The notes under the pieces were generated by a model. The model was not told where the DNA came from. It saw nothing but the letters and a program-made list of their open reading frames with translations, and did not search any database. The position numbers and the translations under genes were made by a program. Shown here one piece after another: positions 8,176 to 18,400 of a DNA stretch of 28,136 bases (positions are counted from its first letter, which is position 1; the number at the start of each line of letters is the position of its first letter). The DNA comes from a virus (Duplodnaviria > Caudoviricetes), in IMG/VR virus record IMGVR_UViG_3300030110_003212, positions 1-28,136 of that record. One strand, given 5' to 3'.

Positions 8176-8267
8176 GAGGGTACATAATAGCAATATTATT
8201 TCTAATTGTTGAGGTTTATAAATACAGAACAGATACAGAACAAAATAAATGTCAAAAGAAGATTTAA
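8172..8267 (+). CDS. Possible 31 aa peptide with hydrophobic N-terminus
   Basis: ATGA-coupled to the previous ORF; overlaps terS start. Confidence 0.3.
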   Translation: MRGYIIAILFLIVEVYKYRTDTEQNKCQKKI

Positions 8268-8584
8268 TACCATTTAAAAAAGGTCAATCAGGAAATCCTA
8301 AAGGAAGGCCTAAAGGTAGTTTAAATCGTTCTACTATTGCTAAGAAATGGCTAGAAGTATTAAGCCAAGAAGAACTTGAAGATGGTGAAGTCAAATGGTT
8401 ATCTAATGAAGAAGCAATGACATTAGCATTAATTAGAAAAGCTAGGAACGGTGATGTTAACGCTTATAAAGCTTTAATGGATTCTGCATACGGTACAGCA
8501 AAAGATACAGTAGATATTAACAGTAATGAAACTAAAAGTATTGATTTTAAACAGCTTATAAGTGGAATTAAAGCTAAACGATAA
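8249..8584 (+). CDS. terS: Terminase small subunit (DUF5681-like N-terminus)
   Basis: FKKGQSGNPKGRPKG motif; immediately upstream of terL. Confidence 0.75.
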   Translation: MSKEDLIPFKKGQSGNPKGRPKGSLNRSTIAKKWLEVLSQEELEDGEVKWLSNEEAMTLALIRKARNGDVNAYKALMDSAYGTAKDTVDINSNETKSIDFKQLISGIKAKR

Positions 8585-9770
8585 ATACTTAGTATTAGAC
8601 AACCCTACAAGATATTTTATTATAACTGGTGGTCGTGGCTCTAGTAAATCTTATAGCATAAATACCTTATTAACTTTATTAACATTTGAAGCTGGCCATA
8701 AGATACTATTTACAAGATACACACTAAGAGCAGCTAGTATATCTATTATTCCTGAATTTATTGAAAAGTTAGAAGTTCAAAACATTGAACATAACTTCCA
8801 TATTACCAAAGATGAAATAATAAATAAACAAACAGGAAGCAGAATATTATTTAGAGGTATTAAAACTAGTTCAGGTGATCAAACAGCTAATTTAAAATCT
8901 ATTCAAGGTGTTACAACATGGGTACTAGATGAAGCAGAAGAATTAACTGATCAAAATATATTTGATAAAATAGATTTAAGTATAAGGCAAAAGGATAAAG
9001 ATAATAGAGTTATTTTAATTCTTAACCCAACAACAAAAGAAAACTTCATTTACAAAAGATGGTTTGAAGATAGAGGTGTTAAGGCTGGAAGTAATTTAAT
9101 GAAAGCTGATACAACTTATGTACATACTACTTACTTAGATAATATAGAAAACTTATCTAAAAGCTATATTGAGCAGATAGAGCAGATGAAGGTTAGAAGG
9201 CCTAATAGATACAAGCATACTATTCTTGGAAGTTGGCTAGATAAAGCAGAAGGTGTAATTTATAATAATTGGTCAATAGGAGAATTTAAACAAGTAGGTA
9301 AAATAGTTTTTGGCCAAGATTTCGGATTTTCTCAGGATGCAAGTACTCTAATAAAAACAAGCATTGATAAAAATAATAAGATTATTTATGTTCAGCAATG
9401 TGTTTATCAAACTAAGTTAACTACTAGTGAACTAACAATACTTAATAAAAAATATGCTGGTAAAAATTTAATTGTAGCTGATTCAGCAGAACCACGTTTA
9501 ATATCAGAAATTAAATCTTCAGGCTGTAACATAGTACCAGCAATAAAAGGTCAAGGAAGTATAACTTATGGTATTAGCTTATTACAAGATTATGATTTAG
9601 TTATTGATGGTGAAAGTGTTGAACTTATTAAAGAGCTTAACAACTACTGCTGGTTAGAAAAGAAAAGCCAAACACCACAAGATTCTTATAATCATTGCCT
9701 TGACGCATTACGCTATTCTGTAAGTTATCAATTACAAAACCCTAACTCAGGTGAATACTATATTCACTAA
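8562..9770 (+). CDS. terL: Terminase large subunit, PBSX/SPP1-like
   Basis: Walker A GGRGSSKS, Walker B VLDEAEE, LNP coupling motif, nuclease GQDFG, DSAEP, NHCLDALRY. Confidence 0.95.
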   Translation: MELKLNDKYLVLDNPTRYFIITGGRGSSKSYSINTLLTLLTFEAGHKILFTRYTLRAASISIIPEFIEKLEVQNIEHNFHITKDEIINKQTGSRILFRGIKTSSGDQTANLKSIQGVTTWVLDEAEELTDQNIFDKIDLSIRQKDKDNRVILILNPTTKENFIYKRWFEDRGVKAGSNLMKADTTYVHTTYLDNIENLSKSYIEQIEQMKVRRPNRYKHTILGSWLDKAEGVIYNNWSIGEFKQVGKIVFGQDFGFSQDASTLIKTSIDKNNKIIYVQQCVYQTKLTTSELTILNKKYAGKNLIVADSAEPRLISEIKSSGCNIVPAIKGQGSITYGISLLQDYDLVIDGESVELIKELNNYCWLEKKSQTPQDSYNHCLDALRYSVSYQLQNPNSGEYYIH

Positions 9771-9787
9771 CTTTTTCTAAATTTGTA

Positions 9788-9824
9788 TATAACACTAACA
9801 CTATAAAACTACATTACTATTATG
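9788..9824 (+). promoter_or_regulatory. Late promoter-like motif copy 1 (TATAACA-N15-TACATTACTATT-ATG)
   Basis: Same bipartite motif and spacing at 18364 and 18816; TAAATTTG box also at 9778-9785. Confidence 0.8.
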
Positions 9825-10457
9825 AAGATCAATTTAAACATTCCTGAAAATCTAAGTGAAATTACATTAGCACAGTATCAAAAATGGATTAAGATAATTG
9901 ATAATGAAGAATTATCTACTTTTTTTCAACAGAAGATGATAGAGATATTCTGTAATGCTGATTTAAAAAATATACTTCAAATGAGGGTTAAAGATGTTGA
10001 TGAAGTAACAACACACATAGATAATATCTTTAAGGAAAAACCAAAATTTCAAGCTACCTTTTTTTTAAATGATGTTGAATATGGTTTTATTCCTAAACTG
10101 GATGAAATGACTTTTGGCGAATATGTAGATTTAGATACTTATCTTGGTGAATGGGATACAATGAGTAATGCTATGAGTATATTATTCAGGCCAATAAAAC
10201 ACAAAAGAAAAGATAAATATTTAATTGAAGATTATGAAAGTTCTGATAAACATAATTTATCTAATATGCCTTTAAATATAGTTATGGGTGCTTTAGTTTT
10301 TTTTTGCAATTTAAGAGGCGAATTACAGAAACATATTCTGAATTATTTGAAAACTCAGGATTCAGTGGAAATTCCACAAGAGCTGAAGGATTCGCTAGCA
10401 AGTGGGGTTGGTATCAATCCATTTACGGACTTACAAAGGGCGATATTAGAAAACTAG
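9822..10457 (+). CDS. Putative tail assembly chaperone (gpG-like, 0 frame)
   Basis: First gene of tail block; contains T9 slippery run with overlapping -1 ORF. Confidence 0.65.
   Translation: MKINLNIPENLSEITLAQYQKWIKIIDNEELSTFFQQKMIEIFCNADLKNILQMRVKDVDEVTTHIDNIFKEKPKFQATFFLNDVEYGFIPKLDEMTFGEYVDLDTYLGEWDTMSNAMSILFRPIKHKRKDKYLIEDYESSDKHNLSNMPLNIVMGALVFFCNLRGELQKHILNYLKTQDSVEIPQELKDSLASGVGINPFTDLQRAILEN
10298..10304 (+). other. -1 programmed frameshift heptamer T TTT TTT
   Basis: GTT TTT TTT TGC in 0 frame; -1 frame open from 10265 to 10561. Confidence 0.7.
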
Positions 10458-10561
10458 ATGAAGTAACAAAATCTAAGTTACATACTTGTTTAACTATGTT
10501 AGCTTTTGAAAAAGATAAAATGGAATTAGAAAATGAAATAATGAAAAGAGCAAAAAGATGA
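10304..10561 (+). CDS. -1 frame extension of chaperone (gpT-like)
   Basis: Protein-like KWGWYQSIYGL...LAFEKDK; overlaps upstream ORF by 154 nt; ATGA-coupled to next gene. Confidence 0.7.
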   Translation: MQFKRRITETYSELFENSGFSGNSTRAEGFASKWGWYQSIYGLTKGDIRKLDEVTKSKLHTCLTMLAFEKDKMELENEIMKRAKR

Positions 10562-11013
10562 ACAGTTTTTTTAGAATAATAGATAAGATAAAAGATGCTA
10601 TAAGTGCAGAACCATTTAACAATGAAATTACTTTTGGTGATCTTGCAGATATTGATTTAAGTAAACAAAGTTTATTTCCTTTAGCACACATTACAGTTAA
10701 CAATGCTAACATAACAGAAAATTTAGTTCAGCACAACATGACTATCTTTTTTATGGATTTAGTAGATATTAACAATGCTGAAGATATTAACAATTTTCTA
10801 GGTAATGATAACACACAAGAAATCCTTAATACACAATTAGCTTTAGCAACTAGGGTTATTAGAGTATTAAAAAAAGCAGAAGTATATAGAGAACAATTTG
10901 AAATAGATGGTAATGCTGGGTGTGAACCTTTCCAAGATAGATTCCAAAATCATCTTGCTGGCTGGGCTGTTACCTTTACTATTAACACTTATGATAATAT
11001 GACTTATTGCTAA
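10558..11013 (+). CDS. Putative tail terminator/completion protein
   Basis: Size, FPLAHI...GWAVTFTI beta pattern and position. Confidence 0.5.
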   Translation: MNSFFRIIDKIKDAISAEPFNNEITFGDLADIDLSKQSLFPLAHITVNNANITENLVQHNMTIFFMDLVDINNAEDINNFLGNDNTQEILNTQLALATRVIRVLKKAEVYREQFEIDGNAGCEPFQDRFQNHLAGWAVTFTINTYDNMTYC

Positions 11014-11567
11014 TGGGAAAATTTGAAGAAGCACTTGATAAATACGCTAAATATGTTATTCAGCAATCACGAACTAATTTAACTAAAGGTTACCCACCTA
11101 ATGGCACTAAAAATGCTTCAATGAATTTATATAATAGTTTAAGTTATTATATAGATGATGGAAGTGTATTTTTTGAAATGTTAGATTATGGTGCTTTTGT
11201 AGATCAAGGTGTTAAGGGTAAAAATCCAAATGCATTGCCAAAAAGCTCTAAATGGTATGGAAAACAGAAAGCTCCTAATTCTCCTTTTAAATTTGGTACT
11301 AAAAGTGGTGCTGCTGGTGGATTAACAAGGGGTTTAGATAAATGGATCATTAGAAAAGGAATTGCACCAAGAGATAAACAAGGTAAATTTATGAGCAGAA
11401 AAACATTAAAATATTTAATGGCACGAAGTATTTATTTATCAGGTATTAGACCAACAATGTTTTTTACTAAACCTTTTGATAGGGGGTTTATTAAATATAG
11501 TGATGAAATAGTATTAGGCTTTATGGAAGATAATATTAACATGGATAATAAAAATAATAAACAATGA
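11007..11567 (+). CDS. Putative neck/tail completion protein (HK97 gp10-like)
   Basis: Basic protein with L.NSL...YGAFVDQG...GIRPTMFF pattern. Confidence 0.5.
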   Translation: MLMGKFEEALDKYAKYVIQQSRTNLTKGYPPNGTKNASMNLYNSLSYYIDDGSVFFEMLDYGAFVDQGVKGKNPNALPKSSKWYGKQKAPNSPFKFGTKSGAAGGLTRGLDKWIIRKGIAPRDKQGKFMSRKTLKYLMARSIYLSGIRPTMFFTKPFDRGFIKYSDEIVLGFMEDNINMDNKNNKQ

Positions 11568-12637
11568 GTACATTAAGTTTAACAAGGTCACCAAGATATA
11601 TAAGAACATCAAGTTTAGCAAATGCAACTTATTTTAAACTAGAGCTTTATATATTTACAGGGTTAACAAGTGATAAACCAACAGATGCAACCTATACACT
11701 TGAAAAAGATGTTATCAATAGTGAAACACAAGTTACTTTTGAGATTAATGGACTTATAAGAGATTACTATGAGCATAGTTTTAATGTAACTAATAGCACA
11801 GGGTATGCATTGTGGGCAATAGCAGACGTAACAGGATATACAAGCAGTAGTGCAAGTGCAACCGTAAGCACTACATTTTTAGCTTTTGATGGTTATAATT
11901 ATTTTCAAGAACCTTTAGCAAATGGTGGTTCAATAAATGCTACTTACACACTACCAACATTATTAACATCAAGTAAAATACAGGTTCTAGAAAGTGAAGC
12001 GGCACAAATACCTGTTAATGCTGAGATTGCAGAAACAGTAAACTTTAAATTAGCTGGTGTAACTGTAAGCACACACTCAATTACTGATAGTGGCAACACC
12101 AACCAAAAGATTCAATACATTACAACTACTGCTGCAGATGTAGATGCTGTTGATGTTGTTTATAATAGTGGTGGTAGTACTCAATCATTCACTATTGAAG
12201 AAGTATCAGAGTGTAAACATACAGTTAGTAAAATTGTTTTTATTAATAAATATGGAGCATCTCAAAATTTATACTTTTTTAAGAAGTCAGTAGAAAACTT
12301 GCAAATAAATAAAGATAGCTTTAACAGGAATATACTAGATGAATCTGGACTTCCACCTGTTGCTGGTTTTAAATTTTTAGAACATCAGTATAAAGATTTT
12401 AATATTATAGGCAACCAAACTCTAGTTTTAAATTCAGGTTTTGTTAGTGAAAGTATGAATGATACTTTTAAAGAATTATTACTTAGTCAATATGTATGGA
12501 TAGTTAGAAGTGGTGATACTTTGCCTATGAATGTAGAAGAATCAAGCTTTACTTACAAAACAGGATTGAATGATAAGTTAATTAACTACACTATTAACTT
12601 TAAATATGCTTTTGATACTATTAACAATGTACATTAA
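11564..12637 (+). CDS. Putative tail (distal/baseplate) structural protein
   Basis: Beta-rich S/T/N sequence, FINKYGA...LNSGF...ELLLS; in tail block. Confidence 0.55.
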   Translation: MSTLSLTRSPRYIRTSSLANATYFKLELYIFTGLTSDKPTDATYTLEKDVINSETQVTFEINGLIRDYYEHSFNVTNSTGYALWAIADVTGYTSSSASATVSTTFLAFDGYNYFQEPLANGGSINATYTLPTLLTSSKIQVLESEAAQIPVNAEIAETVNFKLAGVTVSTHSITDSGNTNQKIQYITTTAADVDAVDVVYNSGGSTQSFTIEEVSECKHTVSKIVFINKYGASQNLYFFKKSVENLQINKDSFNRNILDESGLPPVAGFKFLEHQYKDFNIIGNQTLVLNSGFVSESMNDTFKELLLSQYVWIVRSGDTLPMNVEESSFTYKTGLNDKLINYTINFKYAFDTINNVH

Positions 12638-15048
12638 TGCAAGAATTAATACTATATATAAAACCACAGCAGAGAGATAAAACAGCTCAGAACTATGTAA
12701 AGGTAGATTTGTTTACTGATGAGAATGTAAGCTTAACACAAGTTATTCAAGATGTTAGGGATATAGACAAAGTGTTTACTGATTACAGTAGAACATTTAA
12801 TTTACCAGCTAGTGAAAAGAACAACAAACTATTCAAGCATTGGTACAACCCCGATGTAAAAGGTTTTGATGCTAACATACAAAGTGATGCAAAGATAGAG
12901 TTAAACTACCAACCATTTAGAGAGGGTAAAATAAAATTAAATGAAGTATCATTAAAAGATAATAGACCTCATACTTACAAGATTACTTTCTTTGGTAAAA
13001 CAGTTAGTTTAAATAATTTGTTTGGTGAAGATAAGCTTAACAACTTAGAATGGTTAAATAATTTTAGTTATGAAAACAATGCTGCTAATGTTTTAGCTGG
13101 TTTATCTACTGGTAAAGATTTTACTGTTGATAGTGTTACTTATACAGATGCTATAATTTATCCTTTAATTACACATTCACAAAGATATACTTATAGCACT
13201 AACGGTTTAGAAACAGAAATTGCTTCAGGTACAGCTACTTCTACCTTACCCGGAGTTTTAAGAGATACTAATAATAATTTTACTAACGTTGTTATTGTTA
13301 ATGATATTGTACATAATATAACAACTAACTCTTATACTTTAGTAGAAGCTATAATGGATAATAATAATTTAGATGTTACAGGTGTTGCTAATATTAATAG
13401 TGGTGATACTTATAAAATTTATAGAACTGCTTCAGGTAACATTTCTTACAATACTAGTTCACCTGATTTAAATTATAATAGGCATGGCATTTATCCCGAA
13501 GATTTAAAACCAGCAATTAAAGCTAGTTTAATTGTCAAGGCAATTGAAGAGCAGTATGGAATAACATTTAAAACAGGTGAATTTTTTGATAGTACTGAAT
13601 TTAGTAATTTGTATTTATGGTTACAAAGAACAACAGGTAAATTAGCTGTTGCTGGAAGTGTTTCTTTAAATTCTTCTTTTCCGTTTACTTGTAATCCAAG
13701 TAGTGCAAATTGTTCTTATTTTTTAAATACAGGTAATTTAGTAGATTTTACAGAAGCTAGTGGAATAACAAATATTTTAAGATCTTCACAAGATAAACAA
13801 GAAGTAACCTATATAGCTACAATAACACCCGATTCTTCGTATACTTCAGTAGTATATAAAATTGAAATAGTAAATACAATAAATAATAATGTAGAAGCAG
13901 CTTTAGATTATGCAGTTGGTACACAAAGTTTACAAATTAAATACGGTGAATTTAATAACACTTTATCAACAGGACAAAGTAAAAATTTATATGTAAGAGT
14001 AATTAGTGAAAGTGCGTTTTTGTTTGGTTGTAATATTTCTTTAAATTATGATTCAACTGATGATGGATTAAAAACAGCTAATTTTAATTCTAATAGTAGT
14101 GTTATAGGTTTGGTTGGTGATATATTACCAGCTCTAGAAGCACCTAATATCAAAGTTTTAGATTTTATTAAAGGCATATTTAAAATGTTTAATTTAACTG
14201 CATTTTTAAATAGTGCAGATAATATTGTAGTTAAAACGTTAAATGACTTTTATAGTGATAGCACAACTACACACGATATAAGCAAGTTTATAGAAAAAAA
14301 TGAACATACAGTTAGTGAAGCATTACCATTTACTACAATAGATTTATCTTTTCCTGAACCTGAAACAAAGTTAGCTAAAGCTTATTCAGAAATAAATAAT
14401 TTTGAATATGGAAAAGCACAATTTACAGCAGATGCAAGTACAGGTATTAATTATAATATTGAAGTACCATTTGAACATTTACTTTATGAAAGATTAAATA
14501 AACCTGACGGTACACAAACACAAGTACAATATGGCTATTTTGTTAATGAAAATGATGAAAGTATTATTGGTAAACCTTTACTTTTTTATGCAATAGAGCA
14601 AAGTTCAGGGGCAACAGGTTTTTCAAATGATCTTAGTTTTGTAGATTCAATTAGACCAACTGACGGTACACTACCAACAAATCCTGTTACTAATGTTTCT
14701 GTAAATGCTTATTGGATGCCCCACAACGCAAATGAATTAGGAAGCACTTCAACAGCTCCAGCATTTAATCTTAACTTTGGTAGTGAAATAAACAGCTACA
14801 CATTAACAGATTATGGTGGAGGTAATAATAGTTTGTTTCAAAAGTTTTATCAAACTTACATACAAAGAGTATTTAATACTAAAACAAGAATCTTTAAATA
14901 TAAAGCAGTTTTACCTTTAAAATTTTTATTAACTTATAGTTTAGCAGATAAAGTATTTATTTCAGGTAGAGCTTTTACAATAAATAAGATTACAACAGAT
15001 TTACAAACTGGAAAAAGCACGTTAGAATTATTAAATGAACCAAGCTAA
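12637..15048 (+). CDS. Putative tail tip/hub protein
   Basis: 803 aa; N-terminal DLF..E.VSLT...YSRTFNLPAS..NN; C-terminal FTINKI..DL.TG...LEL. Confidence 0.6.
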   Translation: MQELILYIKPQQRDKTAQNYVKVDLFTDENVSLTQVIQDVRDIDKVFTDYSRTFNLPASEKNNKLFKHWYNPDVKGFDANIQSDAKIELNYQPFREGKIKLNEVSLKDNRPHTYKITFFGKTVSLNNLFGEDKLNNLEWLNNFSYENNAANVLAGLSTGKDFTVDSVTYTDAIIYPLITHSQRYTYSTNGLETEIASGTATSTLPGVLRDTNNNFTNVVIVNDIVHNITTNSYTLVEAIMDNNNLDVTGVANINSGDTYKIYRTASGNISYNTSSPDLNYNRHGIYPEDLKPAIKASLIVKAIEEQYGITFKTGEFFDSTEFSNLYLWLQRTTGKLAVAGSVSLNSSFPFTCNPSSANCSYFLNTGNLVDFTEASGITNILRSSQDKQEVTYIATITPDSSYTSVVYKIEIVNTINNNVEAALDYAVGTQSLQIKYGEFNNTLSTGQSKNLYVRVISESAFLFGCNISLNYDSTDDGLKTANFNSNSSVIGLVGDILPALEAPNIKVLDFIKGIFKMFNLTAFLNSADNIVVKTLNDFYSDSTTTHDISKFIEKNEHTVSEALPFTTIDLSFPEPETKLAKAYSEINNFEYGKAQFTADASTGINYNIEVPFEHLLYERLNKPDGTQTQVQYGYFVNENDESIIGKPLLFYAIEQSSGATGFSNDLSFVDSIRPTDGTLPTNPVTNVSVNAYWMPHNANELGSTSTAPAFNLNFGSEINSYTLTDYGGGNNSLFQKFYQTYIQRVFNTKTRIFKYKAVLPLKFLLTYSLADKVFISGRAFTINKITTDLQTGKSTLELLNEPS

Positions 15049-15201
15049 ATGAAAACAATAATTGATGCATTAGAATTTATTAAAGAAATCAAAGCTTATG
15101 ATAAAAACATTATTATAGCTTTAGGTGTTAATAAAGTAGCACTAACATTAAAAGAAGGTTTTTATATAAAAAATTTAGAAGATAAACGTAAAGAATTATG
15201 A
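15049..15201 (+). CDS. 50 aa hypothetical protein (MKTIIDALEFIKEIK...), not in ORF track
   Basis: Exactly fills the gap; ATGA overlap with tape measure gene. Confidence 0.65.
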   Translation: MKTIIDALEFIKEIKAYDKNIIIALGVNKVALTLKEGFYIKNLEDKRKEL

Positions 15202-17108
15202 TACAAAAAGAGCTAAATGCTAAAATGAATATTAATACAGCTAAAGCATTAAAAGATGTTCAAAAGCTAGACAAAAATATTCAAAACGTACCTAAATCTA
15301 TTAATGAAGCTGAAAAAAACACTGGTAAATTAAATCAAGGTTTAACTAAAACTAATAAAGTAGCTGGTGTTGTAAAAGGTGGTATTAGTAAAATAGGTTT
15401 AGCTTTTAAAGCTGCTGGTATTGGTTTAATTATTACTGCTTTTGCTAAGTTAACAGAATTGTTTCAAAGTAACCAAAGGGTTATGGATGCCTTTAATGTA
15501 GTTGGTGAAACTACTGCTATTATATTTAATCAACTATTTAATGCAATCTTTAATACAGCAGAAACTTTAGGTCAAACAAATGGAGCTTTTAACGCTACTA
15601 TAAAAGTTATGAAGGCTTTAATGACTTTTGGATTAACACCATTAATAGGTTCTTTATTAACATTTAAAGCTGCTGTTCAATCTGTTCAGCTAGCATGGGA
15701 GCAGTCACCTTTAGGTGATGGTGATCCTAAAAAAATTAAAGAATTACAAATTGAAGTAGCTAAAACTGGTACACAATTACTAAAACTAGGTGCAAATGTT
15801 TTACAAGCTGGTTCTGATATTGTAGAGTATGGTGTTGAAGCAGCTGGTGAAATAACTGATTTAACAATGACTACTATTGATGCTATTTCTAAAATAGATA
15901 TTAAATCTAGTTTTGAACAAGCTAAACAAAATGTAAGATTAAAAAAATCTGCTGAAATAGCAAGAGTTCAACAGCAAGCATTAGTAGAAGAATATGATCG
16001 GCAAGCAGAAAAATTAAGGCAAGTTAGAGATGAAGAAAGAAATTCTATTGCTGAAAGAATAAAAGCTAATAACAAGTTAAAAGAAGTATTAGATGAACAG
16101 GAAGAAGCAATGCTTAAACAAGTTGATTTACAAATAGCTTCAGCAGCAGCACAATATAAAGTTAATAAAAGTCAAGAAAATTTAATAGCATTATTAGAAG
16201 CTCAAAATGAAAAAACTGCTGTATTAGCACAAATAGAAGGTTTTAGAAGTGAACAGAAAGCAAATGATTTAGCACTAAGTAAAGAACAGTTAGAACTAGA
16301 GCAAAGTATCTCAGATGCAGCAACTGAAAGAACAATAAACCAATTAAACGCTAATGCAGAACTTATTAAAGGTGATGAAGAAAGATTAATTAAACAGCTT
16401 GAAAATTTAGAAATTGAAAAACAGATAGAGCAGCAAAGATTAGAATTAAAAAGAGATTCTTATAATGCTGATACTCAAGCTTATGTAGATGCTCAGATAG
16501 AGTTAGAAAATTTTATTTCAGAATCTAATATTAGAAAAGCAGAATTAGATAATGAGTTAACACAAGTAAGAATAGAAAATAAGGAAAAAGAAAATGAGTT
16601 AGAACAACAAAAAATAAGTGCTGTTAAAAACACATTAACTACAATTTCTAATTTAGCTTCTTTGTTTGCTGGTGAAAGTGAAAAAGAACAAAAGAAAGCT
16701 TTTAAAATACAAAAGGCTGCTAATATAGCACAAGCATTAATAGATACTTATTCAAGTGCAACAGCAGCTTATAGATCATTAGCTGGTGTTCCAGTAGTTG
16801 GGCCAGCTTTAGGTATTGCAGCAGCAGCAGCAGCAATAACAGGTGGTTTATTAAATGTTAAACAGATTCAAGCAACAGAATTTCAAGGTGGTTCAGGTGG
16901 TGGTGATACTTCACCAACTTATTCTTCTAATACAGGATCAACACAACAAGCACCAGCATTTAATGTAGTTGGCCAAAGTGGTTTTAATCAAATTGCATCT
17001 GCATTAGGTCAAAACAATAATACACCAGTTAAAGCTTATGTTGTTAGTGGTGATGTTACAACAGCACAAGCATTAGAAAATAATATAATAGATACAGCAA
17101 CTTTTTAA
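15198..17108 (+). CDS. Tape measure protein
   Basis: Long helical E/K/Q/A-rich protein with hydrophobic G/A stretches near both ends. Confidence 0.75.
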   Translation: MIQKELNAKMNINTAKALKDVQKLDKNIQNVPKSINEAEKNTGKLNQGLTKTNKVAGVVKGGISKIGLAFKAAGIGLIITAFAKLTELFQSNQRVMDAFNVVGETTAIIFNQLFNAIFNTAETLGQTNGAFNATIKVMKALMTFGLTPLIGSLLTFKAAVQSVQLAWEQSPLGDGDPKKIKELQIEVAKTGTQLLKLGANVLQAGSDIVEYGVEAAGEITDLTMTTIDAISKIDIKSSFEQAKQNVRLKKSAEIARVQQQALVEEYDRQAEKLRQVRDEERNSIAERIKANNKLKEVLDEQEEAMLKQVDLQIASAAAQYKVNKSQENLIALLEAQNEKTAVLAQIEGFRSEQKANDLALSKEQLELEQSISDAATERTINQLNANAELIKGDEERLIKQLENLEIEKQIEQQRLELKRDSYNADTQAYVDAQIELENFISESNIRKAELDNELTQVRIENKEKENELEQQKISAVKNTLTTISNLASLFAGESEKEQKKAFKIQKAANIAQALIDTYSSATAAYRSLAGVPVVGPALGIAAAAAAITGGLLNVKQIQATEFQGGSGGGDTSPTYSSNTGSTQQAPAFNVVGQSGFNQIASALGQNNNTPVKAYVVSGDVTTAQALENNIIDTATF

Positions 17109-17120
17109 AAAACAGAAAAA

Positions 17121-18200
17121 ATGAAAATAATAGAACTTTTATTAGATGAAGAAAATTCAGAAAACGGAATTGAAGCAGTAAGTTTAGTTTCTGCTGGTGC
17201 AATAGAATCAGATTTTATAGCTTTAAATTCTCAAGAAATTAAATTAGCAAAAGTAGATGATGAAAAACAGATTCTCATGGGTGCTGCTTTAATTCCTAAC
17301 AAACCAATTTTTAGAAAAGGTGATGATGAAGATTACTATGTTTATTTTAGTAATGAAACAGTTAGAAAAGCTAGTGAATTATTCTTTAAAAATGGAAATC
17401 AAAACAATGCTACACTAGAACATAATTTAGCAATTAATGATTTAACAGTAGTTGAATCTTGGATAGTAGAAAATACAGAAAAAGATAAATCTGCTATTTA
17501 CGGTTTAGAAGTTCCTGTTGGTACATGGATGATTTCAATGAAGGTTAATAATTCTGAAGTTTGGAATGATTTTGTAAAAACTGGAAAAGTTAAAGGCTTT
17601 AGTATTGAAGGTTACTTTGCAGATCGAGCAACTGTACAAGCTAGTAAAGATGAAAGTGAAATAGAAGCACTTAATAAAATAGAAGAAATTAAAAATCTAT
17701 TTACTGAAAAAAAAAAGATTAAATTAAAAAGTTTTTCTGATTATCCTAATTCAGTAAGTAACAATGCTAAAAGAGGTATTGAGCTTAACGAAAAAGTAAA
17801 TAATAAATGTGCTACTCAAGTAGGAAAAGTAAGGGCACAACAATTAGCAAAAGGTGAAGCAGTTAGTGTAGATACTATTAAAAGAATGTATAGTTATTTG
17901 TCAAGAGCTGGAGAATACTATGATGAAGGAAATACAGAAGCATGTGGAACTATTTCTTATTTATTGTGGGGTGGGAAATCTGCTTTAGGCTGGAGTAAAA
18001 GCAAACTTAAAGAACTAGGAGAAATAGAACTTGCTTCAATGGTTATAGATGAAAACTTTGCTATTATTGATGATAGATTAGCTTATAGCACACAAGAGAA
18101 AGCAGAACAAATAGCTATTAATATAGGTTGTAAAGGTTATCATACACACGAATTTGAAAACAACACTTGGTATATGCCTTGTGAAAAACATATAAATTAA
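17121..18200 (+). CDS. Prohead protease (XkdF-like serine protease) with two extra C-terminal domains
   Basis: LMGAALIPNK, TLEH, VESW, GTW, VKGFSIEG motifs. Confidence 0.75.
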   Translation: MKIIELLLDEENSENGIEAVSLVSAGAIESDFIALNSQEIKLAKVDDEKQILMGAALIPNKPIFRKGDDEDYYVYFSNETVRKASELFFKNGNQNNATLEHNLAINDLTVVESWIVENTEKDKSAIYGLEVPVGTWMISMKVNNSEVWNDFVKTGKVKGFSIEGYFADRATVQASKDESEIEALNKIEEIKNLFTEKKKIKLKSFSDYPNSVSNNAKRGIELNEKVNNKCATQVGKVRAQQLAKGEAVSVDTIKRMYSYLSRAGEYYDEGNTEACGTISYLLWGGKSALGWSKSKLKELGEIELASMVIDENFAIIDDRLAYSTQEKAEQIAINIGCKGYHTHEFENNTWYMPCEKHIN

Positions 18201-18205
18201 TAATT

Positions 18206-18355
18206 ATGAGAAATAAAATTAAAAGAGGTGAAAGAAGCAGAACTTCACCTAAAGCTGGTAGTAGACGTGGTTGCCTTTGTAATGATGGTAGTTATAAAAC
18301 TAAATGCTGTAATGGTACACTAAGAGCACAGGGAGTAGGAAAATCACAAGCATAA
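18206..18355 (+). CDS. 49 aa basic Cys-rich protein (SPKAGSRRGCLCNDGSYKTKCCNGTLRAQGVG), not in ORF track
   Basis: Fills the gap; CLC and CC motifs. Confidence 0.7.
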   Translation: MRNKIKRGERSRTSPKAGSRRGCLCNDGSYKTKCCNGTLRAQGVGKSQA

Positions 18356-18363
18356 AAAAAAGG

Positions 18364-18400
18364 TATAACAACAACTAATAAATAATACATTACTATTATG
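18364..18400 (+). promoter_or_regulatory. Late promoter-like motif copy 2
   Basis: TATAACA-acaactaataaataa-TACATTACTATT-ATG. Confidence 0.8.

Noticed and set aside
9751-9776. Terminator after terL (GTGAATA-CTA-TATTCAC)
   Set aside because: AT-rich 7-bp stem with a 3-nt loop inside the coding end and an offset T-run; too weak to call.
10494-10712. Minus-strand 72 aa ORF
   Set aside because: Overlaps two coupled + strand tail genes; no motif.
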